Assembly: GCA_045046875.1 (NCBI GenBank)
Contig: JASFYY010000057.1
Span: forward strand, 1-22,761
Length of the DNA stretch: 22,761 bases
Source of the DNA: Verrucomicrobiota bacterium
GTDB taxonomy: Bacteria > Verrucomicrobiota > Verrucomicrobiia > Verrucomicrobiales > DEV007
Direction of reading: 5' to 3'
Shown: in pieces, positions 1-8,391 of the stretch
Numbering within the stretch: the first letter of the stretch is position 1
Layout of the letters: the number at the start of each line of letters is the position of its first letter
Notes under the pieces: generated by a model
Databases searched by the model: none
The model's input: only the letters and a program-made list of their open reading frames with translations
Told to the model about the DNA's origin: nothing
Made by a program: the position numbers and the translations under genes

Positions 1-1347
1 CCCAAAGAACGCACGCTCATCAGCGGCTCTGTGATCGCCGCCGCGGATATGGACAAGGACGGCGACATCGATCTCTTTTCTGGTGGCCGCCTGAACCTGG
101 ATGACTACCCCAATGCCGCCCAACAACGGCTACTGATCAACGTCGGTGATAAAATCACCGACCAAGCCAAAGAACTCGCACCCGATCTTAACAAAGCCGG
201 CATGGTCACCGGCGCGCTGTGGTCGGACATCGACAACGACGGCGCCATCGATCTGCTGATCACCACCGCCTGGGGACCGGTGCGTGTCTATCACAACCAA
301 GATGGCAAACTGGTCGAGACTACCAAAGAAGCGGGACTATCCAAAGCCCACGGCTGGTGGCAAGGCATCGCGGGTGGCGACATCGACCATGACGGCGACA
401 TCGACTACGTGGTCACCAATCTCGGACGCAACACCAAATACCAACCCACCCCCGAACACCCGATCGAACTCTACACCGCAGACTTCGATGGCGACGGCAA
501 AACAGAGCTGATCGAAGCTTCTTACGAAGATGGCAAACTGTTCCCCATTCGTGGCCGTAGCTGCAGTTCGGATGCGATGCCTTTCATCTCAAAAAAGTTC
601 AAAACCTATGACGCCTTTGCCAAAGCAGACCTTGTTGAAATCTACAGCAAACCCAAACTCGACACCGCCCTTCATCTACAACTCAATCACATCGACAGCT
701 CAGTATTGATCAACGACGGCGAGGGACACTTCAAAATCCAGCCACTGCCCCTGCTCGCCCAAATCGCTCCAGGCTTCGGCGTCGTGCTCGAAGACTTCGA
801 CGGCGACGGTCAACTCGACATCGTCATCGCCCAAAACTTCTACTCCCCACAACCCGAAACCGGACGCATGAACGGCGGGTTGGGCATTTTTCTTAAAGGC
901 AAAGGCGACGGCACCTTTGACCCCATCGACCCAGCAATCAGCGGTATCGTCATCCCCGAAGACGCCAAGGCCCTCGCCTGTGGCGACCTCAACAACGATG
1001 GCTCACCCGACCTGATCTGCACCACCAACAACGGCCCGCTGCGAACCATGCTCAATACCACCCGCGGTCCCAACATGCGTTGGAGCACCCTGAAACTAAA
1101 AGGCAAAAACGGCAACCCAACAGCGATCGGCAGCCGAGTAGAGATCACCACTTCCGCAGGCCGCAAGTTAGTGCGCGAGATATACGCCGGAGGCTCCTAC
1201 CTCGCTCAATCCTCCCCCACCATCTTCGTTGCACTGCAACCACAGGAAACGATTTTAGAAATTCTCACCCGTTGGCCTGATGGGAAAACATTAACCACCA
1301 GCTTCAAAAAATACCGACGGCAATTGGAGATCACGCAGAAGGATTAA
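1..1347 (+). CDS. FG-GAP/VCBS repeat protein with C-terminal ASPIC/UnbV domain (CRTAC1-like), 5' end outside window
   Basis: Repeated DxDxDGxxD motifs (DMDKDGDID, DIDNDGAID, DFDGDGQLD, DLNNDGSPD) and an ASPIC/UnbV-like tail (GNPTAIGSRV...GGSYLAQS...RWPDG). The frame is open from base 1. Confidence 0.85.
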   Translation, partial: PKERTLISGSVIAAADMDKDGDIDLFSGGRLNLDDYPNAAQQRLLINVGDKITDQAKELAPDLNKAGMVTGALWSDIDNDGAIDLLITTAWGPVRVYHNQDGKLVETTKEAGLSKAHGWWQGIAGGDIDHDGDIDYVVTNLGRNTKYQPTPEHPIELYTADFDGDGKTELIEASYEDGKLFPIRGRSCSSDAMPFISKKFKTYDAFAKADLVEIYSKPKLDTALHLQLNHIDSSVLINDGEGHFKIQPLPLLAQIAPGFGVVLEDFDGDGQLDIVIAQNFYSPQPETGRMNGGLGIFLKGKGDGTFDPIDPAISGIVIPEDAKALACGDLNNDGSPDLICTTNNGPLRTMLNTTRGPNMRWSTLKLKGKNGNPTAIGSRVEITTSAGRKLVREIYAGGSYLAQSSPTIFVALQPQETILEILTRWPDGKTLTTSFKKYRRQLEITQKD

Positions 1348-1870
1348 TTCTGCCAAGTTGCACAAACGGGAATAGCTGGAGGCAAAGAGAAGAGACAAAA
1401 ATAAGAATAATTTGTCCGCGAAAGGCACCAAAGACACGAAAAAATATAATATTTGTAAGGGTTTTTTTGTCCCATCCCATCTTCACTTTCATGATTTTTG
1501 TGCTGACTCCGTCTGTCTCGCTCCTACTCTGCGAATGGTTAATTCGAAATAGCATACAAATAAAGGGACGGAGCTATCATCAGTGAATAGCGAACGAAAT
1601 GCGTGATTTGAAAGAGCTTAAAATAAGGTCAACTGATACGCTGCGAATGCATCAAAGCACAGGATTGATCAAAGGGTTCCTAATTTTTAAATCCGGGAAT
1701 ACAGAAAAATCCCTGTCCGCAGTCCATAACTCGGTCATCCGATGATTAAGACCGCTTGCCGCAATACGCGCCTTCTGTGCAAGGCCACCAAGCTTATTCA
1801 AGTAAAATTTCCAACCGACCAAGCTCCTACACACAGGAGGAAATAAGCTTGCCTATAGGTTTGATTTGTT

Positions 1871-1886
1871 GTATATCCATATATAT
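1871..1886 (+). promoter_or_regulatory. Putative VapBC autoregulatory operator
   Basis: Imperfect palindrome GTATAT-CCAT-ATATAT abutting the vapB ATG at 1885. There is no SD sequence, so the transcript may be leaderless. Confidence 0.45.
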
Positions 1887-2118
1887 GGAAACAACGGTTT
1901 TTAAAAGCGGAGGCTCGCAAGCTGTCCGCATTCCTAAAGAGTTTCGCTTTTCTAGCAAACGAGTGGAAATCGAGCGTAAGGGCGAAACCATCATTCTACG
2001 ACCGTTGAAGGAAAAGCACACTTGGGCAAACGGATACATAGAGAGTATTCGCAATAATCCGGTCGATGAAACATTCCAACGCCATTCTCAGGGCGATCAC
2101 AAAGAAATCGAAATGTGA
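1885..2118 (+). CDS. vapB: AbrB/MazE/SpoVT-fold antitoxin VapB
   Basis: METTVFKSGGSQAVRIPKEFRF signature. Start reassigned from 1756 to ATG 1885. The stop overlaps the vapC start (TGATG). Confidence 0.92.
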   Translation: METTVFKSGGSQAVRIPKEFRFSSKRVEIERKGETIILRPLKEKHTWANGYIESIRNNPVDETFQRHSQGDHKEIEM

Positions 2119-2513
2119 TGTTTTTGCTCGATACAGATACATGCATTCATATTTTGAAAGCTCGCACCAAAGTCATTGAGCATTTTGAAAGCAGCGACCC
2201 AAACAATGTTTTTCTATCGTCAATAACGTATCACGAGTTACTCTACGGAGCGTTGCACTCTGCTGCAGTTGAAAAAAATAAAAAATCTTTAGAAAATTTC
2301 ATCCACCCGTTGAATGTTTTGCCTTTCACCAGACAATCTGCCATCCGATCATCATCCGTCAGAGAAGCACTCGCCGCCATCGGCAAGCCTATAGGCCCGC
2401 TGGACAACCTCATTGCCGGCCACGCTCTTGAGCATGGTTTAATTGTAGTAACTAACAATACGCGGGAATTTTCTCGTGTGGAAAAATTAGAACTAGAAAA
2501 TTGGGCAAATTGA
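2115..2513 (+). CDS. vapC: PIN-domain toxin VapC
   Basis: FLLDTDTCI...EL.YGA...IGPLDNLIAGHA...VTNNTREFSRV..L.LENW PIN motifs. Confidence 0.95.
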   Translation: MMFLLDTDTCIHILKARTKVIEHFESSDPNNVFLSSITYHELLYGALHSAAVEKNKKSLENFIHPLNVLPFTRQSAIRSSSVREALAAIGKPIGPLDNLIAGHALEHGLIVVTNNTREFSRVEKLELENWAN

Positions 2514-2609
2514 ATCCCTCCATCTTCTCTTCTTCTTATCTCCGTATCTTCGTGTGACCCCCCTCCCACCTTCTTCACTCCCCTGTTCAATATTCAACAT
2601 TCCCCCCTC

Positions 2610-3578
2610 CTAGCCCATCACCCGCTCCAACACATCCGCAATCGTATGCAGGGCGTTTCCCTCAAGCTGGTTGCCAATATAAATATACGAAGGTTTCTCA
2701 GCTCGCTGCTTTCTGGACATCAGATTTCTTAATATACTGGTCAACGAATCCCGCGAGCTCGGGTCAATCTCATAAATCCGGTTATAAGGCGCCATCTTCT
2801 CCTCCGCCCACTGATGGGTGTGATGCGGCTTCAGCAGATAACGCGCCGCGACAAAATCATTCTCCTCCAACGCATGCAGACCGATCTGCTCGTTGATCGG
2901 CGGCATGTGCGTCCACTGGTTATAAATATGTGCCACCCCGTGCCGTTTGAGTGTGGCGAAATACTCCGGGTGCAACAGATTCTGATTTCGAATCTCCACC
3001 CCATACTGCCACCCCGTGGGCAAATCGGTAAAAAACTGATCCAGCTCAGCTACAAAATCCTGCCCGTGAGCGTAATCCTCTTTGCTGAAATGCGAAAACT
3101 CAAAAATCAGCATGCCCACCTTGTCACGAAAAGGTTCGAGGTAGCGCAAAAACAAATACTGCAAGGTCAGGGCATTGAGAAAACTGTCATTCGGCTTGCC
3201 CGCCCGATCACCGAAGGATTTCACTTCGGGGAAATTTTTAATCGTGATCTCATCCGGCACCTTGAAAGAAAAACGAAAACCCGGAGGAGCTTGTTTCATC
3301 AGACCTTCGAAATACTCCGGCTTGGGAAAACGGTAATAAGTGGCATCCACACAGACCGAACGAAAACAACCCCCATACTCCTCCAAGCAGCCCCGCTCAA
3401 AGCTCGCTTTGGAAAAAGTCTTGTTCCAAAGGTAGCGCTCCTCATCATAGAGCATGCCACACCAACCCTGGTATTTCCAGGAACTGGTACCCAGATAAAT
3501 CTGATGATCATCGGCCAGACCATCCAACAAAGGCTTCAAGTTTTCGCATCGAAACAACATCGCCGGAATGTTGAACAA
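2610..3578 (-). CDS. DUF72 family protein
   Basis: IYLGTSSWKY..W, DATYYRFP and FRFSFKVP..IT motifs typical of DUF72. Confidence 0.85.
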   Translation of the reverse strand: MFNIPAMLFRCENLKPLLDGLADDHQIYLGTSSWKYQGWCGMLYDEERYLWNKTFSKASFERGCLEEYGGCFRSVCVDATYYRFPKPEYFEGLMKQAPPGFRFSFKVPDEITIKNFPEVKSFGDRAGKPNDSFLNALTLQYLFLRYLEPFRDKVGMLIFEFSHFSKEDYAHGQDFVAELDQFFTDLPTGWQYGVEIRNQNLLHPEYFATLKRHGVAHIYNQWTHMPPINEQIGLHALEENDFVAARYLLKPHHTHQWAEEKMAPYNRIYEIDPSSRDSLTSILRNLMSRKQRAEKPSYIYIGNQLEGNALHTIADVLERVMG

Positions 3579-3688
3579 GTTCGAAACAAAAATCTAGCAA
3601 AAAATAACTGAATGCTGCGTGGGGTGCAGGTCAAAAAAGTTAGCCGTTGGCTATTGGAAGCTACCTTATCACCCATCAACATCATTCC

Positions 3689-3831
3689 GCCCTTTTAGGG
3701 CTGGTAATAAAATCGATTTAACCCCAGCGCTTCGCACCGGGCTATATCATTGAGCACCGTTGGTGCAAGAGAGATGAAAGCAAACTGTCCTGTAAGGACA
3801 AAATGTGATAGCCTTGTGCGAAGCGCTGGGT
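3689..3831. repeat. REP-like composite palindromic element
   Basis: Arms CCCAGCGCTTCGCACCGGGCTAT (3723-3745) and ATAGCCTTGTGCGAAGCGCTGGG (3808-3830), 21/23 complementary. They enclose hairpins GCACC-GTT-GGTGC and TGTCCT-GTA-AGGACA, with GCCCT-TTT-AGGGC at 3689-3701. Confidence 0.7.
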
Positions 3832-3845
3832 AAAGGAGGTTTGCG

Positions 3846-4319
3846 TTATTTGGCCTCGTCAGCTTCTGTCGACACCGCAGCTTCATCTTTCAGGGCCGCC
3901 AACAACGCGTGCCAGGCCAGCGTCGCGCATTTGATCCGTGCCGGAAACTTCCTCACCCCGGCCAGTGCCGCCAGATCCCCCATCGTCATCAGATCGATTT
4001 CAGGCTCATCCTGATCGGTCAGCAAAGCCACCACCTCGGCGACCTTTGCTTCGATCTCATCCGCCGACAAACCCTTGACCGCCGAAGTCATGATCGAAGC
4101 CGACGCTTTGGAAATCGCACAGCCCTCACCGGTAAACGTCACGGCTTCCACATTGCCTTTGCCCGGCGTCGCCTGACGCAGATACACTTTCAACCGATCC
4201 CCGCAAAGTGGGTTAAACCCCTCGGCTTCTCCGGTATGAGGATCCAGCTCGCCCTCATTGTGAGGATGTTTGTTATGCGAGAGGATGATGTCTTGGTAAA
4301 GATCTGATAAGTCGTCCAT
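3846..4319 (-). CDS. sufU: SUF system NifU-family protein SufU
   Basis: LYQDIILSH, NPLCGD, GCAISKASAS and PARIKCATLAW motifs. Lies directly downstream of sufS. Confidence 0.93.
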   Translation of the reverse strand: MDDLSDLYQDIILSHNKHPHNEGELDPHTGEAEGFNPLCGDRLKVYLRQATPGKGNVEAVTFTGEGCAISKASASIMTSAVKGLSADEIEAKVAEVVALLTDQDEPEIDLMTMGDLAALAGVRKFPARIKCATLAWHALLAALKDEAAVSTEADEAK

Positions 4320-4329
4320 GAAATATATA

Positions 4330-4361
4330 AGAAGTTAGAAACTAGAAGATAGAAGGTAGAA
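4330..4361. repeat. Intergenic heptamer tandem repeat (AGAAGTT AGAAACT AGAAGAT AGAAGGT AGAA)
   Basis: About 4.5 copies of AGAAnnT filling the sufS-sufU spacer. Confidence 0.7.
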
Positions 4362-4364
4362 TTT

Positions 4365-5576
4365 TCATGCGAACATTTTTTGCACTTTGCGGATGGCGGC
4401 AACGAGAACGTCCGCTTCTTCGGTTGTATTGTAAAAGGCAAATGATGCTCTGGCTGTCCCGGACACTTTCAAGTGATCCATCAACGGTTGCGCACAGTGG
4501 TGACCGGCACGAATGGCCACTCCCTCGGTATCGAGAATGGTGCCGATGTCATGCGGATGTATACCGGTCAGGGTAAATGAAATTACCCCCACCTTGTCAG
4601 CCGCATTGCCATGAATCGTCAGCCCTTCGACTCCCTTCATCGCCGCTGTCGCGTAGTCGAGTAATCCCTTTTCGTAGTTCTCGATCGCATCGTGACCAAT
4701 TTCATTCAGGTAATCGACCGCTGCTCCCAGTCCGATCGCGCCACTGATGTTCGGTGTGCCCGCTTCAAAACGCTCGGGGATGCCACGGAAAGTCGTGCCG
4801 GCAAAACTCACTTGCTCGATCATATCACCACCACCCTGATAAGGTGGCATCGCGTTCAACCATTCCTGCCTGCCCCACAATACCCCCACCCCGTCGGGGC
4901 CGAACATTTTATGACTGGAAAAGGCATAAAAATCGCAGCCAATGTCTTGCACGTCCACCCGTAGATGCGGCACTGCCTGCGCACCATCCACCAGCACCAT
5001 CGCACCTTTTTCTTTGGCCAGTCGGGTCATCTCCTTCACCGGATTGATCGTGCCCAGGGCATTGGATACATGGGTGAACGCCGCCACCTTGGTGCGCTCA
5101 TTCAGCTTGGCGGAAAAATCATCGAGATCGAGTTCCCCATTCTCATTGATGCCCGCCACCTGAATCACCAAACCCTTGCGCTGTGCGAGAATCTGCCACG
5201 GCACAATGTTGGCGTGATGCTCCATCATCGTCAGCAAAATTTCATCGCCCTCCTGCAAACGCTCACCGTAACTGTTGGTCACCAGGTTGATCGCCTCCGT
5301 TGTGCCACGCACAAACAACACTTCGCAGGTCTTCGGCGCATTGATCATCTTCGCCAGGCGCTCTCTCGCCCGATCATATTGATCGGTAGCGTCCATGCTC
5401 AGGTAATGCACCCCGCGATGGATATTCGAATTTTCGTGCTCAAAAAACCGCGAAATCTTATCGATCACCGCCCTCGGTTTCTGGGTAGTCGCCCCGTTAT
5501 CAAGGTACACCAAAGGTTTCCCGCTCACCTCACGGGACAAAATGGGGAAATCAGATCTTACAGCAGCAACATTCAT
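4365..5576 (-). CDS. sufS: SufS-family cysteine desulfurase
   Basis: YLDNGATTQKP, NIHRGVH, EHHANIVPW, the PLP Lys motif SSHKMFGP and the catalytic RAGHHCAQP. Confidence 0.97.
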   Translation of the reverse strand: MNVAAVRSDFPILSREVSGKPLVYLDNGATTQKPRAVIDKISRFFEHENSNIHRGVHYLSMDATDQYDRARERLAKMINAPKTCEVLFVRGTTEAINLVTNSYGERLQEGDEILLTMMEHHANIVPWQILAQRKGLVIQVAGINENGELDLDDFSAKLNERTKVAAFTHVSNALGTINPVKEMTRLAKEKGAMVLVDGAQAVPHLRVDVQDIGCDFYAFSSHKMFGPDGVGVLWGRQEWLNAMPPYQGGGDMIEQVSFAGTTFRGIPERFEAGTPNISGAIGLGAAVDYLNEIGHDAIENYEKGLLDYATAAMKGVEGLTIHGNAADKVGVISFTLTGIHPHDIGTILDTEGVAIRAGHHCAQPLMDHLKVSGTARASFAFYNTTEEADVLVAAIRKVQKMFA

Positions 5577-5647
5577 AGACTAAGACAGGCCAGCGGCCTG
5601 CCTATCCCTAGCACGGTTCCAGTGCTCGTGCCGCCAAAATCTACCCA

Positions 5648-6190
5648 TCAATGAGCAAGGCCGGCATCACTCAACATCGCCACCGCCGGCCGGTCCACCA
5701 CTGGCCGCAAAGTGCCTCGACTGTCTTTGGGCCAATCCGCACCCTGCTGGATCCAGCGATAAATCAGCTCACGCTCTTCCTTGCCCATCCGGTGTTTCTC
5801 AGGCGGCATCGCTTTTTTATTGCCCTGCTCTAATTTCAACACCTGGTAAAAACGACTCGACTGCGGTTTTTTCGGAACGATAAAAGGCCCGCCCTGCCCT
5901 GAAGCAAAAGCCAGTTCGCGCGTTTCGAGATTCAAATCCCCCAATAGCAAACCGGTGTTGTGACAACGCAGACAATAATTTTCCAGCAAGGGTTTCACTT
6001 CGGTCAAAAAATTCACCTTGTTTGTTTTTTTCTCCTCGGATGGTTCCTCACTCAATCTGGCCGTATCGCCCAGGCCGGACTCCTCTGTTCCCGTTTTGCT
6101 GCCCGCGCATCCTCCCATCAATGCCAGCACACCACTCAACACCCCAACGGCCACCATTTTTTGCATCCACTGTTTTTTCATAATTATCAT
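5648..6190 (-). CDS. Planctomycete-type cytochrome c domain lipoprotein
   Basis: Lipobox-like LMGGC, F..EVKPLLE.YCLRCH heme motif, MPP axial Met and WIQQGA. Confidence 0.85.
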   Translation of the reverse strand: MIIMKKQWMQKMVAVGVLSGVLALMGGCAGSKTGTEESGLGDTARLSEEPSEEKKTNKVNFLTEVKPLLENYCLRCHNTGLLLGDLNLETRELAFASGQGGPFIVPKKPQSSRFYQVLKLEQGNKKAMPPEKHRMGKEERELIYRWIQQGADWPKDSRGTLRPVVDRPAVAMLSDAGLAH

Positions 6191-6256
6191 CTTCTTTTTT
6201 CCATTCTAATAACATCCTCACTCACTGCCTAGATCAAATTTAAAAAAATCTGCGCA

Positions 6257-6706
6257 TCAATTGCTGCCAGCTCCCGGACTCAAATTTTTCTCCATCAAAC
6301 GATGTGGGATGCCCGCTTCAAAAAATTCGCACCCCTCGGCAAGCACAAACCCGAGGCTTTTATAAAAAGGAATCGTCCAAGTCTGCGAATGCAGGATCAA
6401 GGAGGCCATGCCCCGTTGACATGCCGCTTGCTCTAATTGCTCCACCAGTGCCGCCCCCACTCCGCAGCGTCGCCATTTTTTCACAACCGCCACCCGGCCA
6501 AGACGCCCCTCCGGCATCAAACGCGCCGTGCCAATCGCCCCCCCGTCTTCATCTTCCGCCAACAAGTGCAGACAGCGGGCATCCCACTCGTCCTGCTCCA
6601 TTTCTTCCGGCACCTGCTGCTCCTCCACAAACACCTCGAATCTCACCGCCAGCAACTTTTGCCTAGCCTCCTCCCAATCCACTTGCCTGATAAAAAACCT
6701 TTTCAT
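6257..6706 (-). CDS. GNAT family N-acetyltransferase (ElaA/YjcF-like)
   Basis: VRFEVFVEEQ.VP, GTARL, GRVAV...R..GVG, FYKSLGF and FFEAGIPH motifs. Confidence 0.9.
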   Translation of the reverse strand: MKRFFIRQVDWEEARQKLLAVRFEVFVEEQQVPEEMEQDEWDARCLHLLAEDEDGGAIGTARLMPEGRLGRVAVVKKWRRCGVGAALVEQLEQAACQRGMASLILHSQTWTIPFYKSLGFVLAEGCEFFEAGIPHRLMEKNLSPGAGSN

Positions 6707-6743
6707 TATTCGCTGGATTTGAGTATAACCCAGATTTCAATCC

Positions 6744-7079
6744 ATGTTAAGCATAGACGACATTATTCAATTAGAGCAACAAGCTGCGCAGGAACTCGAT
6801 CTGTTGCAAGCAGACCTAGCCTCCTCTGGTGATGAAGTGGCCGCCATCCCACCCGATAAAGCCATCGGTCGTCTGTCGCGTCTCGACGCCATGCAAATGC
6901 AACAAGTCGCCAAAGCAGCGCAACGTCGTCGCGAAGACCGCATCACCGCTTTGCAAAACGCACTCGACCGCATCGATGCCGGACGTTACGGCCAATGTGA
7001 ACTTTGCCACAACTGGATAGCCCTCGATCGCCTGCAAGCCCAGCCCGAAGCCATACGTTGCGGGGATTGTGCTGGCTAA
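6744..7079 (+). CDS. TraR/DksA C4-type zinc finger protein
   Basis: Coiled coil with IGRLSRLDAMQ, then ALDRI..GRYGQCELC...I...RL.A.P....CGDC. Confidence 0.9.
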   Translation: MLSIDDIIQLEQQAAQELDLLQADLASSGDEVAAIPPDKAIGRLSRLDAMQMQQVAKAAQRRREDRITALQNALDRIDAGRYGQCELCHNWIALDRLQAQPEAIRCGDCAG

Positions 7080-7142
7080 TTTGCTCGCCAGCCTATATGG
7101 ATCACTTGTCCCTGCTGTGACAATCGAGCCAATTACCACATC

Positions 7143-8282
7143 ATGAACTCCGAAAGCAACCCTTACGCAGAACTTATTCGCCAAACCCGACTGCTCAGCC
7201 AAGCTTCGCGCAAAGATCTCGCCGATGCAGTCAACAACGCCCGCTCCACCGTCGGTCGCCAGGTGGATCACCTGGTTCAAGCCAACTACTTAGTCGAACT
7301 GGGCCCCGAAGCGATGAACTCGGCAGGACGCCCACGCATCCTGCTGGAACTCAACCCCGAAGCCGGCTGTTTTTTTGGCATCGATTTCGAAGCTCGCTCA
7401 CTGTTCGGAGTCGCCGTGGACTTCGCCCAGAATACCATCGCCCGCCACACCATCACCCATCAGCAAGCGCCTTCGGCCGATCAATTGATCCACTCCATCA
7501 AACTGCTGCTCAAACACCTGCAGGACGAAGCTGGCAATCGCCCGCCCCTGGCAATCGGAGTCGGCGTTCCCGGGCATGTGGACCCTGACAAAGGGCTCGC
7601 GCTCCACTACGAACATATCTCCGGTTGGGATAACATCCCACTCGCAGAAGAGATCGGTGCCAGTTTCAATGTGCCCGTTTTTTTGGATAACAATACCCGC
7701 ACCATGATCCTGGCCGAGCGCTGGTTTGGCTCAGCCGCCGGTTGTGAAAACCTGATTTGCCTCAATGTGCGCACCGGACTTTCGGTGGCGGCTATTTCCG
7801 ACGGCAAACTGTTGCGCGGCTCTCATAACCTCGCCGGTGAAATCCGCGGCTGGCCTGCCCCGCGCGATCACGATCCCGATGCCAATCAATCCCTCGAAGA
7901 AGTAGGGTCCTTGTCCGCCATCCTCGAACCCTACATCGGTGAAGGCAATGACCTCACCGCAGCCTGGAGCCGCTTCCGTGACCAGTTGAAATTTGCAGAC
8001 CCGCAGGCGCTCGCTAAACTCACCGACATCGCCTGTGTCCACGGCCATACCGTGGCTACCCTGGCTCAACTGCTCAACCCGGAAAAAGTCATCCTCACCG
8101 GCCCGCTCAGTGAAATTGGAGACACTTACCTCGATCTGGTCAACCAGGCCTCCCAGGTGGCATTGGAAAATATTCCCCTCACCTCACCTCCCATCCAGCT
8201 CTCCAATCTGGGGCTTTATTCCGGAGCCATTGGTGCTTCCGCCCTTGCCCTGCAGCATTGGGTTCCCAATATCCAGCAGTAA
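7143..8282 (+). CDS. ROK family transcriptional regulator (NagC/XylR-like)
   Basis: N-terminal HTH and GRP motif, then GVGVPG.VD, PVFLDNN and G.HNLAGEI. Confidence 0.9.
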   Translation: MNSESNPYAELIRQTRLLSQASRKDLADAVNNARSTVGRQVDHLVQANYLVELGPEAMNSAGRPRILLELNPEAGCFFGIDFEARSLFGVAVDFAQNTIARHTITHQQAPSADQLIHSIKLLLKHLQDEAGNRPPLAIGVGVPGHVDPDKGLALHYEHISGWDNIPLAEEIGASFNVPVFLDNNTRTMILAERWFGSAAGCENLICLNVRTGLSVAAISDGKLLRGSHNLAGEIRGWPAPRDHDPDANQSLEEVGSLSAILEPYIGEGNDLTAAWSRFRDQLKFADPQALAKLTDIACVHGHTVATLAQLLNPEKVILTGPLSEIGDTYLDLVNQASQVALENIPLTSPPIQLSNLGLYSGAIGASALALQHWVPNIQQ

Positions 8283-8308
8283 TTTCGCCGCTAGGCTTCC
8301 CCACACTC

Positions 8309-8362
8309 AGCCATTTGATATTAATTTCGTTTGAAATTAATATCAAATGGCTTTACTTTTTT
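8309..8362 (+). terminator. Perfect 20-bp inverted repeat followed by a T-tract; probable intrinsic terminator of the ROK gene
   Basis: AGCCATTTGATATTAATTTC-GTTT-GAAATTAATATCAAATGGCT, then TTACTTTTTT. Confidence 0.7.
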
Positions 8363-8391
8363 ATGTTATTAAAATAAACATCTTGAGTCCC

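Noticed and set aside
1756..1884. N-terminal extension of the 120-aa ORF 1756-2118
   Set aside because: The VapB motif begins at ATG 1885. The upstream part is promoter/operator DNA.
2814..3611. Long antisense ORFs (2814-3611 +, also 4965-5654 +, 8494-9087 -, 11044-11928 -)
   Set aside because: These are shadow frames of well-supported genes on the opposite strand, with no recognisable motifs.
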